Shown in pieces: positions 28,805 to 39,836 of a DNA stretch of 64,000 bases. This stretch comes from a virus. The notes below the pieces were generated by a model. That model made no database searches, had not been told where the DNA came from, and was given only the letters and a program-made list of their open reading frames with translations. The position numbers were made by a program, and so were the translations under genes. Location of the stretch: positions 1 through 64,000 of the IMG/VR virus record IMGVR_UViG_3300032116_000031; one strand, written 5' to 3'. Each line of letters opens with the position of its first letter. Position 1 is the stretch's first letter.

Positions 28805-29611
28805 TTACTTTAAGTTTGTTATTACAACGTTTTTAATACTGTCGTTATATGATTTAATTTTTAATTTGTATTTTCCGTAACTATTTGTTAATTCAACGAA
28901 TGAGTAATCTAAGGTCTGTACATCCAAAATTCCGTAACCATGGTAATGAACATACTCCCCAAAGTTTTGCTGATACAAAGAGCCACAATAATAACAATCA
29001 TACCCTTTGTGGCTTATCTTTTGCGGATAATGTATATCACCCATTAAGACAATACTACAACCCTTAAAAAGACTACTTTCTGTTTCATGTTCCTGCATCT
29101 TTTTTTCAAAAACAGGATTCAAAGGGTTCTTGCAATTCCTTAAAGGAGCATGATATAATCCTATTAGAATATCTGAACCTATATCATCCTGATTCAATTG
29201 CAGTGCAAAGTTATCTAAAAAACTGTAATGTGCAAAATTTATTCCATAAAAATTAAAAATTTCTGAATATTTGGAATAATATAGATTGCTATCCCCTATC
29301 GCTTCAACAATAGGGGTAATAGCATCCATCCTAGTTCTATTCTTAGGTAAATCATGATTACCTATCGTGATACACACAGGGTGTATTTCTAAGCACCTCT
29401 TTATCGTTTTTACCATAAGGAGATTTGCTTCATTCGAAACGTGCTCATGATTATCAAATATGTCTCCAGTAATACAGATAATAGCTTGCTCGTAATCCAA
29501 ACTATGCGAATTAATTGACCCTAAAAGCAAATCAATTGATTCCTTAAATTCTTCATGTCTATCTATATTCCGTAAATGCCAATCGGCTGTATGAAATATC
29601 TTTTTTATCAT
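28805..29611 (-). CDS. sbcD: Mre11/SbcD/T4 gp47-like metallophosphoesterase nuclease
   Basis: HTADWH, GDIFD, GNHD, H and GDIH motifs; adjacent to the Rad50-like gene. Confidence 0.9.
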   Translation of the reverse strand: MIKKIFHTADWHLRNIDRHEEFKESIDLLLGSINSHSLDYEQAIICITGDIFDNHEHVSNEANLLMVKTIKRCLEIHPVCITIGNHDLPKNRTRMDAITPIVEAIGDSNLYYSKYSEIFNFYGINFAHYSFLDNFALQLNQDDIGSDILIGLYHAPLRNCKNPLNPVFEKKMQEHETESSLFKGCSIVLMGDIHYPQKISHKGYDCYYCGSLYQQNFGEYVHYHGYGILDVQTLDYSFVELTNSYGKYKLKIKSYNDSIKNVVITNLK

Positions 29612-30921
29612 CCTTTAATTGTTTTACTTAGATTATCACTAATTTTTTTAACAAATTCTTTATAATGTAATCTGTTTGTTTCTTTATCTTCAAAATCCAA
29701 TTTTCCGCTTTTCCTTTTCTTTTCAATGTCTTCATACAAAAGCTTTGTTAAAACATTATGGTGATTTTCGGGAATGCCATCAAAAATACCCGAAACCCTA
29801 AACCGTTCCTTATATGTGTTCTGGAAGTTTAAGAAATGCTTTAGAACCATTTCAGCTCTGTCTAACATAATAGGAAGTTCAATTAATTCGAATTCCTTTT
29901 TCTGTCTATCGAAATAGGTTATCCTAGCCCCTTTAAATTGCCGTCCAAACTCTTTTTCCTGTATATGACCGTAGATATTCAATTGTAATCCATAAGTCGA
30001 AAAGGAAGTCTCTGGCATATCTTCACAGGGCTCCTTTAGATTTTTTCCATATTCATTCTCAAAGGTAAATGATTTATTGGTCTTGTGATCTTCAATTTCA
30101 AAATTAATATCATCAAAGATAACTTCAACATCAGTAGTACCACAAATCTCATAGGTAGGCGAGAAGTTTACCTTCTCTGGAACAATAACTTCGTTTTTAT
30201 ATGGTCTAACTTGATTAAATTTATAAACAATCCAGTTCATAAAATCAATAGGTGAAAGATCCATATTATAAACCGAGAAAAAATCTTTATTGTTCCCTTT
30301 ACCTACCTTTTCCAGTATTTCGATTAACTCTGAATACTTCTCTTGAATCCCTTGAATCTTTTTCATTTTAAAGAGGGGATCAGAAAAGCCTTGTACATCC
30401 AAGAAATGCAACTCAATGCTTTCATGGATCATGTGACCGTAATGACGTGATAACATATTAGTAGCTTCCCATATATTGAGAATCTCTTCTTTTGTCATCA
30501 CTGAATCATCATCATTCAAGTAGAAACCTTTTAATTGAATATTTGGGTTAGCTGCTTTAATAATCTTCAATTCTTGTGCTAACTCATTAGGGGAGGAATA
30601 TTTTGTTAAAGCTTTATATATTTTTTTATCATTATATCTCTCATAAGGTCTTAGTTTACCATATATGATATAATCGAATAAAAGACTCTTCATTTGGCTT
30701 TTATCGCCACCAGCTTTTATATACCAAGCTATGAATTTATTATATTGATTGATGATTGCATCAATAACATTATCTTTTTCAAAATCGCTTTTTAATAGCG
30801 ACAAAGCCGTGGTAACTGAATTATATAAGTTACCAGTCTTCTTATGAACATATACGTGATTGATTTCCTCCAAATAAACTTCTGATTCGGAGTATTTTTT
30901 AAATAGTTCTATTTTATCCAT
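29608..30921 (-). CDS. PD-(D/E)xK exonuclease (Cas4/RecB-like)
   Basis: SVTT, G..IH..IE, E, GTTD, DHKT and Y.LQL.IY motifs; TACCTTTG element at 30942-30949. Confidence 0.75.
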   Translation of the reverse strand: MDKIELFKKYSESEVYLEEINHVYVHKKTGNLYNSVTTALSLLKSDFEKDNVIDAIINQYNKFIAWYIKAGGDKSQMKSLLFDYIIYGKLRPYERYNDKKIYKALTKYSSPNELAQELKIIKAANPNIQLKGFYLNDDDSVMTKEEILNIWEATNMLSRHYGHMIHESIELHFLDVQGFSDPLFKMKKIQGIQEKYSELIEILEKVGKGNNKDFFSVYNMDLSPIDFMNWIVYKFNQVRPYKNEVIVPEKVNFSPTYEICGTTDVEVIFDDINFEIEDHKTNKSFTFENEYGKNLKEPCEDMPETSFSTYGLQLNIYGHIQEKEFGRQFKGARITYFDRQKKEFELIELPIMLDRAEMVLKHFLNFQNTYKERFRVSGIFDGIPENHHNVLTKLLYEDIEKKRKSGKLDFEDKETNRLHYKEFVKKISDNLSKTIKG

Positions 30922-30976
30922 TATTACAAATTAAGTTTCCACAAAGGTAAAGACTTTTTTTGTAATAATCAAATTA

Positions 30977-31744
30977 TTATAGCGCTATGTTGATATATTT
31001 TTCTATTTCAACGGTATTTTTCAAGTAATGGTATTTTTCTTTATCTTTTTCAGCCTTAGTTCCCTTCAATCCTTTACTAAACTTTTCGTATTCGATTATT
31101 TTTTTAATTAGTTCAATTGTTAAATTAACATCTTTGGGTTCACAGGCCCATTCATTATTCTTTTGTTTATGCCCTAAGACAACGGTTATTGAATCTGCTC
31201 TATCAAAATTTTTCTTGTCGATGGATAAATTGTTATTCATCAGCCAAACTATCGTTGGATACCTTTGAGCTATTAACGATAGAACTATTAACTTTTTATA
31301 TTCTGATACTACCTTACGATCTAATACTCCATTAAACACCCCAAAGAGTGATTTTGATTTACCTCCAACTAATTCAGGTAAACCAAATCTTCTTGCTTCA
31401 TCAACTGTAATATAACTTATTTTACATTTAAAATTAGCTCTTAAGGAAGCATAGACCATACCTCCAAAATAATTCAACAAGGCTGCTGTATCAGTTTGTT
31501 GTGAGCTAATCAATGGAGTTTCCAATACTATTTCCACTATGTCATTGAGAGGATAATTCTCCACTAAAAAATTAACAACCAAGTTACATTTTTCTAAAAG
31601 AATGTCTTCCTTTGATAACGTTTCATCTTTAACTATCGGTGAAACATGGTTCAATTCTAAAAGTCTACCGTCGGAAGCAAATAAGCTGATTCCGACGGTA
31701 GAAGTAGAAACGTCTAACCCTAATATTAAATTATTATTTTCCAT
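30977..31744 (-). CDS. RuvC-like Holliday junction resolvase
   Basis: ILGLDVSTS.VG, LE.P and D.ADS catalytic pattern. Confidence 0.75.
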   Translation of the reverse strand: MENNNLILGLDVSTSTVGISLFASDGRLLELNHVSPIVKDETLSKEDILLEKCNLVVNFLVENYPLNDIVEIVLETPLISSQQTDTAALLNYFGGMVYASLRANFKCKISYITVDEARRFGLPELVGGKSKSLFGVFNGVLDRKVVSEYKKLIVLSLIAQRYPTIVWLMNNNLSIDKKNFDRADSITVVLGHKQKNNEWACEPKDVNLTIELIKKIIEYEKFSKGLKGTKAEKDKEKYHYLKNTVEIEKYINIAL

Positions 31745-31780
31745 TAAGGTTAAATATATAAAAAAATTACTTATTTTATT

Positions 31781-33811
31781 TTAGAAATCCATTTGTATTT
31801 CTATTAACGATTTGGTGTTTTCTTGAATTTCTATTTGTTCATAGAATGAATTAATCATCACCAAATTATACTTATCATCGTAGATTCCTATTTCTGTTAA
31901 TTTAAGGTTTTGATTCGTGTTCCATGTAGGATTATCAGTGCGGATAATTGAATCGGAATCCAATACCAATTCAAAGATTGTTTTATACACACAGGCTCCT
32001 ATTTCAACTGCTATATTTCCGTATAAAAATTCTTCACAACCGAATCCCATAACATTAGGGCAATTAACATCAGGCACATTCAATACATTCAAATTATAGG
32101 GCGTTTCAGTTGCTATTCTAGCTGCATTAACAATAAAACCTGTTTGAGCTGAATTTTGAACTTCTAATTTTAATGGATTAATAGTGTTACCAATTAAATC
32201 TACTAAAAAGTTATTAGTATAATCAATTGCTTTCCATTGGCTTGATACAGGTCTTGCACCGTTATCTACTATTTGGTAAAGTATTTTAAAACGGTGGAAG
32301 CTAAAACCTAAACCATCATAACCTACTGCTTCTCTTTGACGCATATAGGGTAATAGCCCTGTTCTTTCCATATAGAATTCAACATCTTTATCTGAAGTTG
32401 TTGTATTGACAAATTTCAGATATTGTTGTTGTGGTAATATATGTTGTACTACTGTATCTGCTTCCAACGTATATGTCATATACATTGTTTTTCCTTTAGG
32501 TAGTATTCCTGTTCCAGAGGTGGACGGCGAAATCATTTTTCCCGCTAATTTTGGTAAGGTGAAATTACGATTTGCCTTATAACTCAAAGCCCCTAATAAA
32601 TCAGGATTATGGATAACTACTATTTGAAGAGTGTTATATATTCTTCCAACAACCAAAGGTGTACCACTAGGCTGTATTAAAGTAGAATCTTCAACTAAAT
32701 CATAGTACTCAATATTTGTATTTGCTACATACTTCTTAGTGGTATCTGCAACAAAAGTCATTCCCAAAACATTGCCTGTACCTGATCCTCCAGCAAAATA
32801 CCTTCTATGCCACATTATATGTTGCAACTGTAATTTGAAATCGTTTGGTTCGGCAATATAAAAATGCTCACCATATAAATTAGTCTTATTGGTATTGCTA
32901 TAATGTATAATACCTATGGACCTAATATAGTCATCATCAATCGCAAATAATTTATCTTCACAATTAGGGTTAGGGACTTCATCAGGGCAATCAACATTGA
33001 ACCCTAAATACTCTTTTTCGCCTATGTAATTGTAAGAGCAATACTCATTGAATTGCTGTTGCTCATCTTGAGTACCTATAACATTTTCACCCCAAATAAT
33101 ATTGAAATTCCAAACGTAAGTATCTTCATTTAAGCACTCCAACTTAAAATTCAAATTCTCGTAATCCCATAAAGTATTTACATTTGTCGATTTATAATAA
33201 TCTATATCTTTATCGTAAATGTAATATTCAATCAATAAATCATTATAATTCAAATAAGGTAAATTCCTATCTAATTCAATTATAGTAGAAGTAGGAGATT
33301 TGTAAATTTTAAAGAAAAGGTACAACACAGGTTGAGTAGTTGCAGATGGAGCAATGTATCCTGTTGTTGGATTAGCAATCTTAAACATAATAATATCACC
33401 ATCTTCAAAATCGGTGTTTTGAAGATCGATGAATTTAGTTCCATTTAATTGCTGTGAAAAAACATTACCTTGTTTCTTTACAAACTTGCTATCTAATTTA
33501 ATAGAGTAGTTTTTCGTTTCATCAAAAAAGCCTCTTTCTTTCGCAGGGTTATGAATACAACATTCCAACACTTTTACGCCGTCCAACACCTGAAACGGAT
33601 TACAATCTTCAGCTGTTAAGAATGTTTTCAAATTAGGATTCTTATCTTTGGGTTTCAAAACGAATTGAGAGCCAGTGTTGTTATAATCAACTTGACTATC
33701 ACCAAAAGAATAATATTTAAAATTCAAATTACCTTCAGCTATTTTTTGCCGTCCAACAGCGGTAATTTTTGATGAAATTAACGGTACGTTTATTTTATTT
33801 AAAAAGCTCAT
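31781..33811 (-). CDS. Baseplate/tail structural protein
   Basis: N-terminal IT.VGRQKIA.G...F.Y.SFGDS.VDY and C-terminal TEIGIYD...NLV, typical of baseplate/tail-fibre attachment proteins. Confidence 0.6.
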   Translation of the reverse strand: MSFLNKINVPLISSKITAVGRQKIAEGNLNFKYYSFGDSQVDYNNTGSQFVLKPKDKNPNLKTFLTAEDCNPFQVLDGVKVLECCIHNPAKERGFFDETKNYSIKLDSKFVKKQGNVFSQQLNGTKFIDLQNTDFEDGDIIMFKIANPTTGYIAPSATTQPVLYLFFKIYKSPTSTIIELDRNLPYLNYNDLLIEYYIYDKDIDYYKSTNVNTLWDYENLNFKLECLNEDTYVWNFNIIWGENVIGTQDEQQQFNEYCSYNYIGEKEYLGFNVDCPDEVPNPNCEDKLFAIDDDYIRSIGIIHYSNTNKTNLYGEHFYIAEPNDFKLQLQHIMWHRRYFAGGSGTGNVLGMTFVADTTKKYVANTNIEYYDLVEDSTLIQPSGTPLVVGRIYNTLQIVVIHNPDLLGALSYKANRNFTLPKLAGKMISPSTSGTGILPKGKTMYMTYTLEADTVVQHILPQQQYLKFVNTTTSDKDVEFYMERTGLLPYMRQREAVGYDGLGFSFHRFKILYQIVDNGARPVSSQWKAIDYTNNFLVDLIGNTINPLKLEVQNSAQTGFIVNAARIATETPYNLNVLNVPDVNCPNVMGFGCEEFLYGNIAVEIGACVYKTIFELVLDSDSIIRTDNPTWNTNQNLKLTEIGIYDDKYNLVMINSFYEQIEIQENTKSLIEIQMDF

Positions 33812-36333
33812 ATGCAGGTTTCAAAATTTTGATTTGGGAAATCATATCTTTGTTTGTATTCGTTGGTAGTTTTATCATATTGTATCAATCTACCAGCCCC
33901 ATAATTGGATTCACTAAAGTTCGTTGGAACAGCAAAAGATTCAATTAAACAATCCCCGCTAACTTCCCTGTAAAACTGATCTATCTTGGATTCGTAAGGA
34001 ATAGGATTATTACAAGAATCCAAAGCTTTAGTTTCACAAGTTATAATTACTTCGTTGCTTTCATCTCCATAAGTAATCACATAATTCTTATATTGGAATT
34101 TCTGCTGGTGGAATAAGAAATTGCTATAAAACTTATGGTGATCTTTCCATATAACGGTTTCTGGTATGACTTGTTTAATTAAATCTAACCAAGAATTATT
34201 AATTTTAGAAAGAACCTTAAACATAAATTCATAATCCAACTCCTTGCTTTTAGCAGAGCAGAAATCAAAACTATTCAAATATAATTCATATAAATGACAA
34301 TAGTAATAATACGATTCACTAGTTAATAGATTCCTAACAGGAATAAATTCTTTTTCTATCTTATCCAGCGACATATCCTTGAAAATCTTATGGAACAAAT
34401 GCTCATATTTTTTCAAGAAAGCCACTACATCATTTTTAACATAGTTAGGTATATCAACTTTTAAAGTTAATTCCTTTGTATTTAGAATATCTTTGTTGGT
34501 ATCTAAATCATATGTTGCTTTAACATTATCTTCAAGTAATTCTAAATCAAAGCCGAAATTATAAGGTATTATTACACATTCACTCTTATCAGTAAAGCAA
34601 ACCTTAAACAACTTAATATCATCTAATAAAACCTTAGTCCCTCCAAAACCGAAGCCAGCCAAGAACATACCTAATTTAACTTCGGTATTCAATAGATTAG
34701 CAGGAACTCTAATGTTAGCAGTGCGCCAACTAATATCAAAGTTATCATTAATATCATCAGGGCAAGCTTCGCCTAATTCAACCCTTATTAACTCTTTTAA
34801 GTTATAACAATCTTCAGTGGTACCAGATAATTCAAAATATAATTTATCTGTTCTGGGGTTAATATCTAACTCTAACTGTCTGTAATTTTCAGTATTGTTT
34901 TTAATTTGACTGTATAAAGTTAAATTATCCAATATAGATAAAATAGTTGCATCTGTTTTATTATTAAAATAATCAATAATGTCACCGCAGCTTAATATTA
35001 ATCTATACTTAAATTCAAAATAATAATCACACGTTGTGCTACCACTATTCAAGAAGAAGAAATCTTCTACACCGTTTAAATTGAATGTGAAATCAGCTTC
35101 ACTACATTCACATGATCCATCGTCAACAACTGCATCAGGATTATAATTATCAGCCAAGGGATTAGTACATCCAGTTATAAAAATACAAGACCCATCGTTA
35201 AAATTGGCGTTCGGATTATAGTTACTTGCAAATGGATTAGTGCAACCAGCGATGGGCACAAATACAGGTGGGTATTGGCAACTACCATCATCAATAACGG
35301 CAATTGGATTATAATTTAAACTATTTGGATCGGTACAACCTGATATTATTGGATATACACAAGAGCCATCGTCTATTGTTGCACAGGGATTATAATTTAA
35401 ACTAATTGGGTCAGTACAGCCATATATATCACCACCCTCTAGTACATAAACACTTTGACATACCTCATTGGTAATTTCACCGTCTATATCGTATTCATAA
35501 GCACATCTAAGATCTTCAAAAAATACTTGTCGCTCGTAGGTGCAACTACCGCTTGCTAATTGTATAACAAATTTACCTTTATAATTTACATAAAAGGAGG
35601 GGCTAATGAATTCTACCTCTAAATTGTTAGTTTGATTAGTAGGATTATTAATAGGTAGTACGGTGACTTCATTATCTATATTAGTTAATTCAACATAACC
35701 TCCGATAGGGTATATGTTATTTGCTGCTATATTTATCTCAATTTGTGATAAAACAGGTCTAAGAACACCCGCAATATAATTGGCTTCTCGTAAAACCCTT
35801 AACTCTACTGTTTGACACTCGCAATTACAAGAACCATCATCTTGTGTTGCTTCAGGATTATAATTAGGTGCAAAGGGATTAGTACATCCTAATACAGGAG
35901 GTCTATCAGTTTCTTCGAGAATAAATTCATTATAACAAATCTCCGATATAGAAGGCTCTTCTCCTTCCCCATTTGGAAAACTTATATAATCACAAGGTAA
36001 TTCATTGGTATCGTTTAAGTTAATTGTTTTCTCGTAATAACAAGTACCACCATTTAATTCTAATATTACTTTAACTGTATTATCAGTAAAAAAAGCCTCG
36101 TCATCTAATTCAAACGTAGCAAAGGTAGTTGAATTAGTTGGATTATAAATGGGTATTATTGTTATATTTTGAGATGGGTCCCCTAACTCCAAATAACCTG
36201 TTATAGGAGTTGTGGAAGTACCACTAAAAACGCTAATCGATAATTCAGAGTTATAATTGTAAACGGGGTTAATACCGCCTCCATTATTATCGAATTGTTT
36301 TAATACATCTATTTTTATCGTTGGACAAGACAT
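33808..36333 (-). CDS. Structural protein with five GCT(N/D)P..xNYNP.A..DDGSC repeats
   Basis: Five Cys-bounded repeats at ~35110-35890 and a duplicated PI.GY.EL...PI.NPTN domain. Confidence 0.65.
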   Translation of the reverse strand: MSCPTIKIDVLKQFDNNGGGINPVYNYNSELSISVFSGTSTTPITGYLELGDPSQNITIIPIYNPTNSTTFATFELDDEAFFTDNTVKVILELNGGTCYYEKTINLNDTNELPCDYISFPNGEGEEPSISEICYNEFILEETDRPPVLGCTNPFAPNYNPEATQDDGSCNCECQTVELRVLREANYIAGVLRPVLSQIEINIAANNIYPIGGYVELTNIDNEVTVLPINNPTNQTNNLEVEFISPSFYVNYKGKFVIQLASGSCTYERQVFFEDLRCAYEYDIDGEITNEVCQSVYVLEGGDIYGCTDPISLNYNPCATIDDGSCVYPIISGCTDPNSLNYNPIAVIDDGSCQYPPVFVPIAGCTNPFASNYNPNANFNDGSCIFITGCTNPLADNYNPDAVVDDGSCECSEADFTFNLNGVEDFFFLNSGSTTCDYYFEFKYRLILSCGDIIDYFNNKTDATILSILDNLTLYSQIKNNTENYRQLELDINPRTDKLYFELSGTTEDCYNLKELIRVELGEACPDDINDNFDISWRTANIRVPANLLNTEVKLGMFLAGFGFGGTKVLLDDIKLFKVCFTDKSECVIIPYNFGFDLELLEDNVKATYDLDTNKDILNTKELTLKVDIPNYVKNDVVAFLKKYEHLFHKIFKDMSLDKIEKEFIPVRNLLTSESYYYYCHLYELYLNSFDFCSAKSKELDYEFMFKVLSKINNSWLDLIKQVIPETVIWKDHHKFYSNFLFHQQKFQYKNYVITYGDESNEVIITCETKALDSCNNPIPYESKIDQFYREVSGDCLIESFAVPTNFSESNYGAGRLIQYDKTTNEYKQRYDFPNQNFETCI

Positions 36334-38924
36334 TATGTTAAAATATTACTATAAGAATCAGGTACGTTCACTTGTGTGCAATTTACTCTTAAACTATAAT
36401 TATCAGTGTATTCACATCCGTTAGATAATGTAATCACTATATCAATATCTAAATCAATAAAGTTTAGTCTAGGTGTGAAATCCACGTAAACTGCTTTTAC
36501 TCCATTTTCATTATTGAATATTTCTGTTATCACATTTCCAATCAACACGCCTGTTCCACCTGATCCTTTAGTTATGGTCATAACAACTGTATCAACGGTC
36601 GCATCAAAAGGTACGTTATCTAACGAATATGTAACGTTAATTCTTGTATTCGATACATCTAAATTAGAAACACATTCACCCGTAGAGTCTAATTGTATGA
36701 AGTCACATTCAACAGGTGTTTCATTGCATTCTATTAAGCGCGTTATTATGCCGCTGGTACATCCAAGTGCATCTATAACTTCAACAGCAATAGTTTCACC
36801 ATTCGGTAATAAATCGCCGTTCTCATTACCATTAACAATATAAGGAGCCGTACCACCACTATAAGATAATAATACAGTTGCATCCCCAGTAAGATTGCCA
36901 TTTAGATCGTAGTTACAAACATAACTTAATGAAACAATGATAGGATTATTAACACATTCAGGTATATAACAATAAGTTGTTCCAGTTAAAGTTAATGATT
37001 CACAGCCTATACTGTCTTCAATGTAAACAGAATAAGGTTGATTTACTGGAAATATATCACCATCATTAGCACCATGGAATATATACGGAGGAATTCCACC
37101 ATACCCTTTAACATTAAGTTTTATTTCATCTGGACCTATACATTCTTGCCAAACATCAATTATAGGTCCTGTACATCCAGAATAAAGTATTTTGGGTTCT
37201 AAGTGTATTTGTAGGGCTTGATCGTTATTTTCTATTTCACAACCGCACTCATCAAACAATGTTTCTTTAAGAACATCATCTACAACACCGCTTTGGGAAA
37301 AGTAACAAGAATCTGGTGCCAAATAGTAATCAAATGTGGTGCCTGATCCTTCAAATCCGTATTCATATAATGATGTTTGAGTGATTTCTCTATTTGTTAT
37401 TGTTTTATATTTACCGTTCAAATTCTCGTCTAAGACATAGAATTGTGACCAATAATCAGAATCTTCAAATATGTAATTAGACCTGTATTTAGGATAGCCA
37501 TCTTCATCAACTGAAATATTCAATAGTTCATCGTTACCGTAAATAATATTAAGATACTGTTTGAGCAGCGTAACATCTATTGGACCGCTAATTTTCTTAA
37601 TATGTTCCTTAAAGTTAATTAACTCTTTTGGGATATTAAAGAAATCAAAAATAAACTCTACTGCTGCTCTTGTTCCTTTCGATTTAACTAACCAAGTGAG
37701 AACTAAACCTAATTCCTTCTTCTTTTCTAATGGTAGGGTTTGATTTATTTTTATACCATGGGATGAAATATAATAATCCAATAATTCTATTGGCATATTA
37801 TCTTCACCATCATAGGTTAATATATTAATATTTTTTAGGCTGTTAACAAACTTATATTGTTCATCGAATCCAAAAGCATAAACTGATAACAGTACTTCTA
37901 ATTTATCCCCTTGATTTTCTGTACTTTCAAAGTTTTCTAATATAGGTAGAAATAGGTTTGGTTCTACATATTTTCTAAGAACAAGGTTTGTTTCATATTC
38001 ATCTTGTTTTTTAGCGTAATTTATTAGAATTTCTTTGAATGTATCAAATTTAAAGGTGCTAAGGTCTACATTATATTTATCTGTTTTTGGGAATATAATT
38101 GTTAGGTTATATTCCAGTATATAATTTCTATCAGTTAATTTACTATCCTTAAAGTCTATATAGAAACCATCTTCTTTTTCATTTCTCATTAATATAGAAA
38201 CGAATAGAGGAGAATTATCTGTGTATTGGGTTTTTATGGTGGTGGACGGCGAAATGTAGGATATTTTACTATGGTTGCCTATCTCAAAGGGCTTACCTTC
38301 AACTTCAATAGACATGAAGCTGTTTTTAAATTTAGGAGCCCCTTGGAAATTGGTAATCCTATATTTTTCGCCGTCCACCTCAAACTCATAATCCCCAAAC
38401 CAATCTTTTAAATTCCTGTACTTAGAAAATTTCTCTCTATTGTTTAAATCAATATTAAGATAATTAATATCTAAGGGATTATATAAGAAATTAGTATTAA
38501 CTACAAAACTACTCCTATTTGTTATAGGATTGTAAGAAACATTCAATATGTTAAAACCGCTGGTACCATTAACATTATCCTCAATGATAATAGCAGCAGG
38601 GTAATTATAATAAATGTAATCTAAAGCTTGTAAGAAGTTTTTTTCAACTGAACTATATTTTATAAAGCTGGTTAAATCCTTTTTGTTGACTTGAAGGGTA
38701 ACATTCTTAAAAGCTTCATTAGTAGTGGATGGAAGTACAGCTACATTCTGAACATCGGCTAACGTATAACTTATAACGTTTTGAAATACATTATAAGAAT
38801 TCGTAATCTTAGTAGAATTCAAATTAGACGTAACACTGAAATCGCCCGCTTGTACCAGATAAGTTATAAAGGGCGTTGCAGTGTTTGTTTTGTGTTCATT
38901 GTAGGGAATATAGATATACTTCAT
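36333..38924 (-). CDS. Baseplate-associated structural protein
   Basis: KSKGTRAAVEF motif (baseplate wedge/tail-I-like) and SprB-like GG.(A/P)PY repeats. Confidence 0.55.
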   Translation of the reverse strand: MKYIYIPYNEHKTNTATPFITYLVQAGDFSVTSNLNSTKITNSYNVFQNVISYTLADVQNVAVLPSTTNEAFKNVTLQVNKKDLTSFIKYSSVEKNFLQALDYIYYNYPAAIIIEDNVNGTSGFNILNVSYNPITNRSSFVVNTNFLYNPLDINYLNIDLNNREKFSKYRNLKDWFGDYEFEVDGEKYRITNFQGAPKFKNSFMSIEVEGKPFEIGNHSKISYISPSTTIKTQYTDNSPLFVSILMRNEKEDGFYIDFKDSKLTDRNYILEYNLTIIFPKTDKYNVDLSTFKFDTFKEILINYAKKQDEYETNLVLRKYVEPNLFLPILENFESTENQGDKLEVLLSVYAFGFDEQYKFVNSLKNINILTYDGEDNMPIELLDYYISSHGIKINQTLPLEKKKELGLVLTWLVKSKGTRAAVEFIFDFFNIPKELINFKEHIKKISGPIDVTLLKQYLNIIYGNDELLNISVDEDGYPKYRSNYIFEDSDYWSQFYVLDENLNGKYKTITNREITQTSLYEYGFEGSGTTFDYYLAPDSCYFSQSGVVDDVLKETLFDECGCEIENNDQALQIHLEPKILYSGCTGPIIDVWQECIGPDEIKLNVKGYGGIPPYIFHGANDGDIFPVNQPYSVYIEDSIGCESLTLTGTTYCYIPECVNNPIIVSLSYVCNYDLNGNLTGDATVLLSYSGGTAPYIVNGNENGDLLPNGETIAVEVIDALGCTSGIITRLIECNETPVECDFIQLDSTGECVSNLDVSNTRINVTYSLDNVPFDATVDTVVMTITKGSGGTGVLIGNVITEIFNNENGVKAVYVDFTPRLNFIDLDIDIVITLSNGCEYTDNYSLRVNCTQVNVPDSYSNILT

Positions 38925-38930
38925 CTTATA

Positions 38931-39836
38931 TTACGGACCAGTTATTATATTAAATTCTTGTGTAAAGTCAATATCAGTTCTGTTTTCTTTGACTTCATAT
39001 AAATTCTCATTTGTGAAGTCATCTTTAATAACGTATTCATTGAATTGCTTGTAAATTTCGTTATCGTTATTGTAGTATGTTCTAGTACCATTTTGTATAT
39101 TCTTAGCTTGATTACCAAAAATACCTATTGCTAATGTATCTATATCGTGTTCTACCAATTCTAACTCTAATGCAACAGGGTCAAAATAAGTATTCGATAT
39201 TATAATTTCCTGATTTGGAACACCAATATAAGGGAACGCGCTAGGTTTTACGTTGAAAGCGGTGGACGGCGTAACAGTGCAAAATAACAACGTAGATGCG
39301 TCATTTAATCTATATTTAATAGATTTTTGAGTGGTTGTATTTAAGTTATCAGAAATTGGCTCAACCCTAAAACAAGAAGTTACAATCCTAAATAAATTTT
39401 GCACCTTTCTTTCTGTTACATTCAAAGCCGTATTGATATATTCAATACGGTGGCCAATTAATCCATTATTCTCGAACATAAATAAGTCCTCTGGTGGAAC
39501 AGTATTCAAATCAATTATAATACCTTTAATATCAGGCTTTGCAGCTAAAACACCACAATCTAAAATTCTTAACTTAACTTCTTTAGGTCTAATATAAACA
39601 GTGTATATACCCAACTGATTGAATACATTTGTAGGCAATCTTAAATTATATAATCCACCTAATATCCTGTTTGTTTGAGTCGGATGATCCAATTTAAACA
39701 ATATTTGACTTGGATTAAGAGGAGTTACTACTGTTGGTGCAACCGTCCGATCAGCTATGTAAGTGTAATAAGCTTCGACATCTGTTGCGATATTAATATC
39801 TGCTGGTCTTATATTTCCAAAAGTTCCTGTTGCCAT
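38931..39836 (-). CDS. Probable structural protein
   Basis: 301 aa within the baseplate operon. Confidence 0.55.
   Translation of the reverse strand: MATGTFGNIRPADINIATDVEAYYTYIADRTVAPTVVTPLNPSQILFKLDHPTQTNRILGGLYNLRLPTNVFNQLGIYTVYIRPKEVKLRILDCGVLAAKPDIKGIIIDLNTVPPEDLFMFENNGLIGHRIEYINTALNVTERKVQNLFRIVTSCFRVEPISDNLNTTTQKSIKYRLNDASTLLFCTVTPSTAFNVKPSAFPYIGVPNQEIIISNTYFDPVALELELVEHDIDTLAIGIFGNQAKNIQNGTRTYYNNDNEIYKQFNEYVIKDDFTNENLYEVKENRTDIDFTQEFNIITGP

Noticed and set aside
29608-30921. Cas4 / CRISPR-Cas locus
   Set aside because: No Fe-S cysteine cluster, no other cas genes and no array; it is a generic phage PD-(D/E)xK nuclease.
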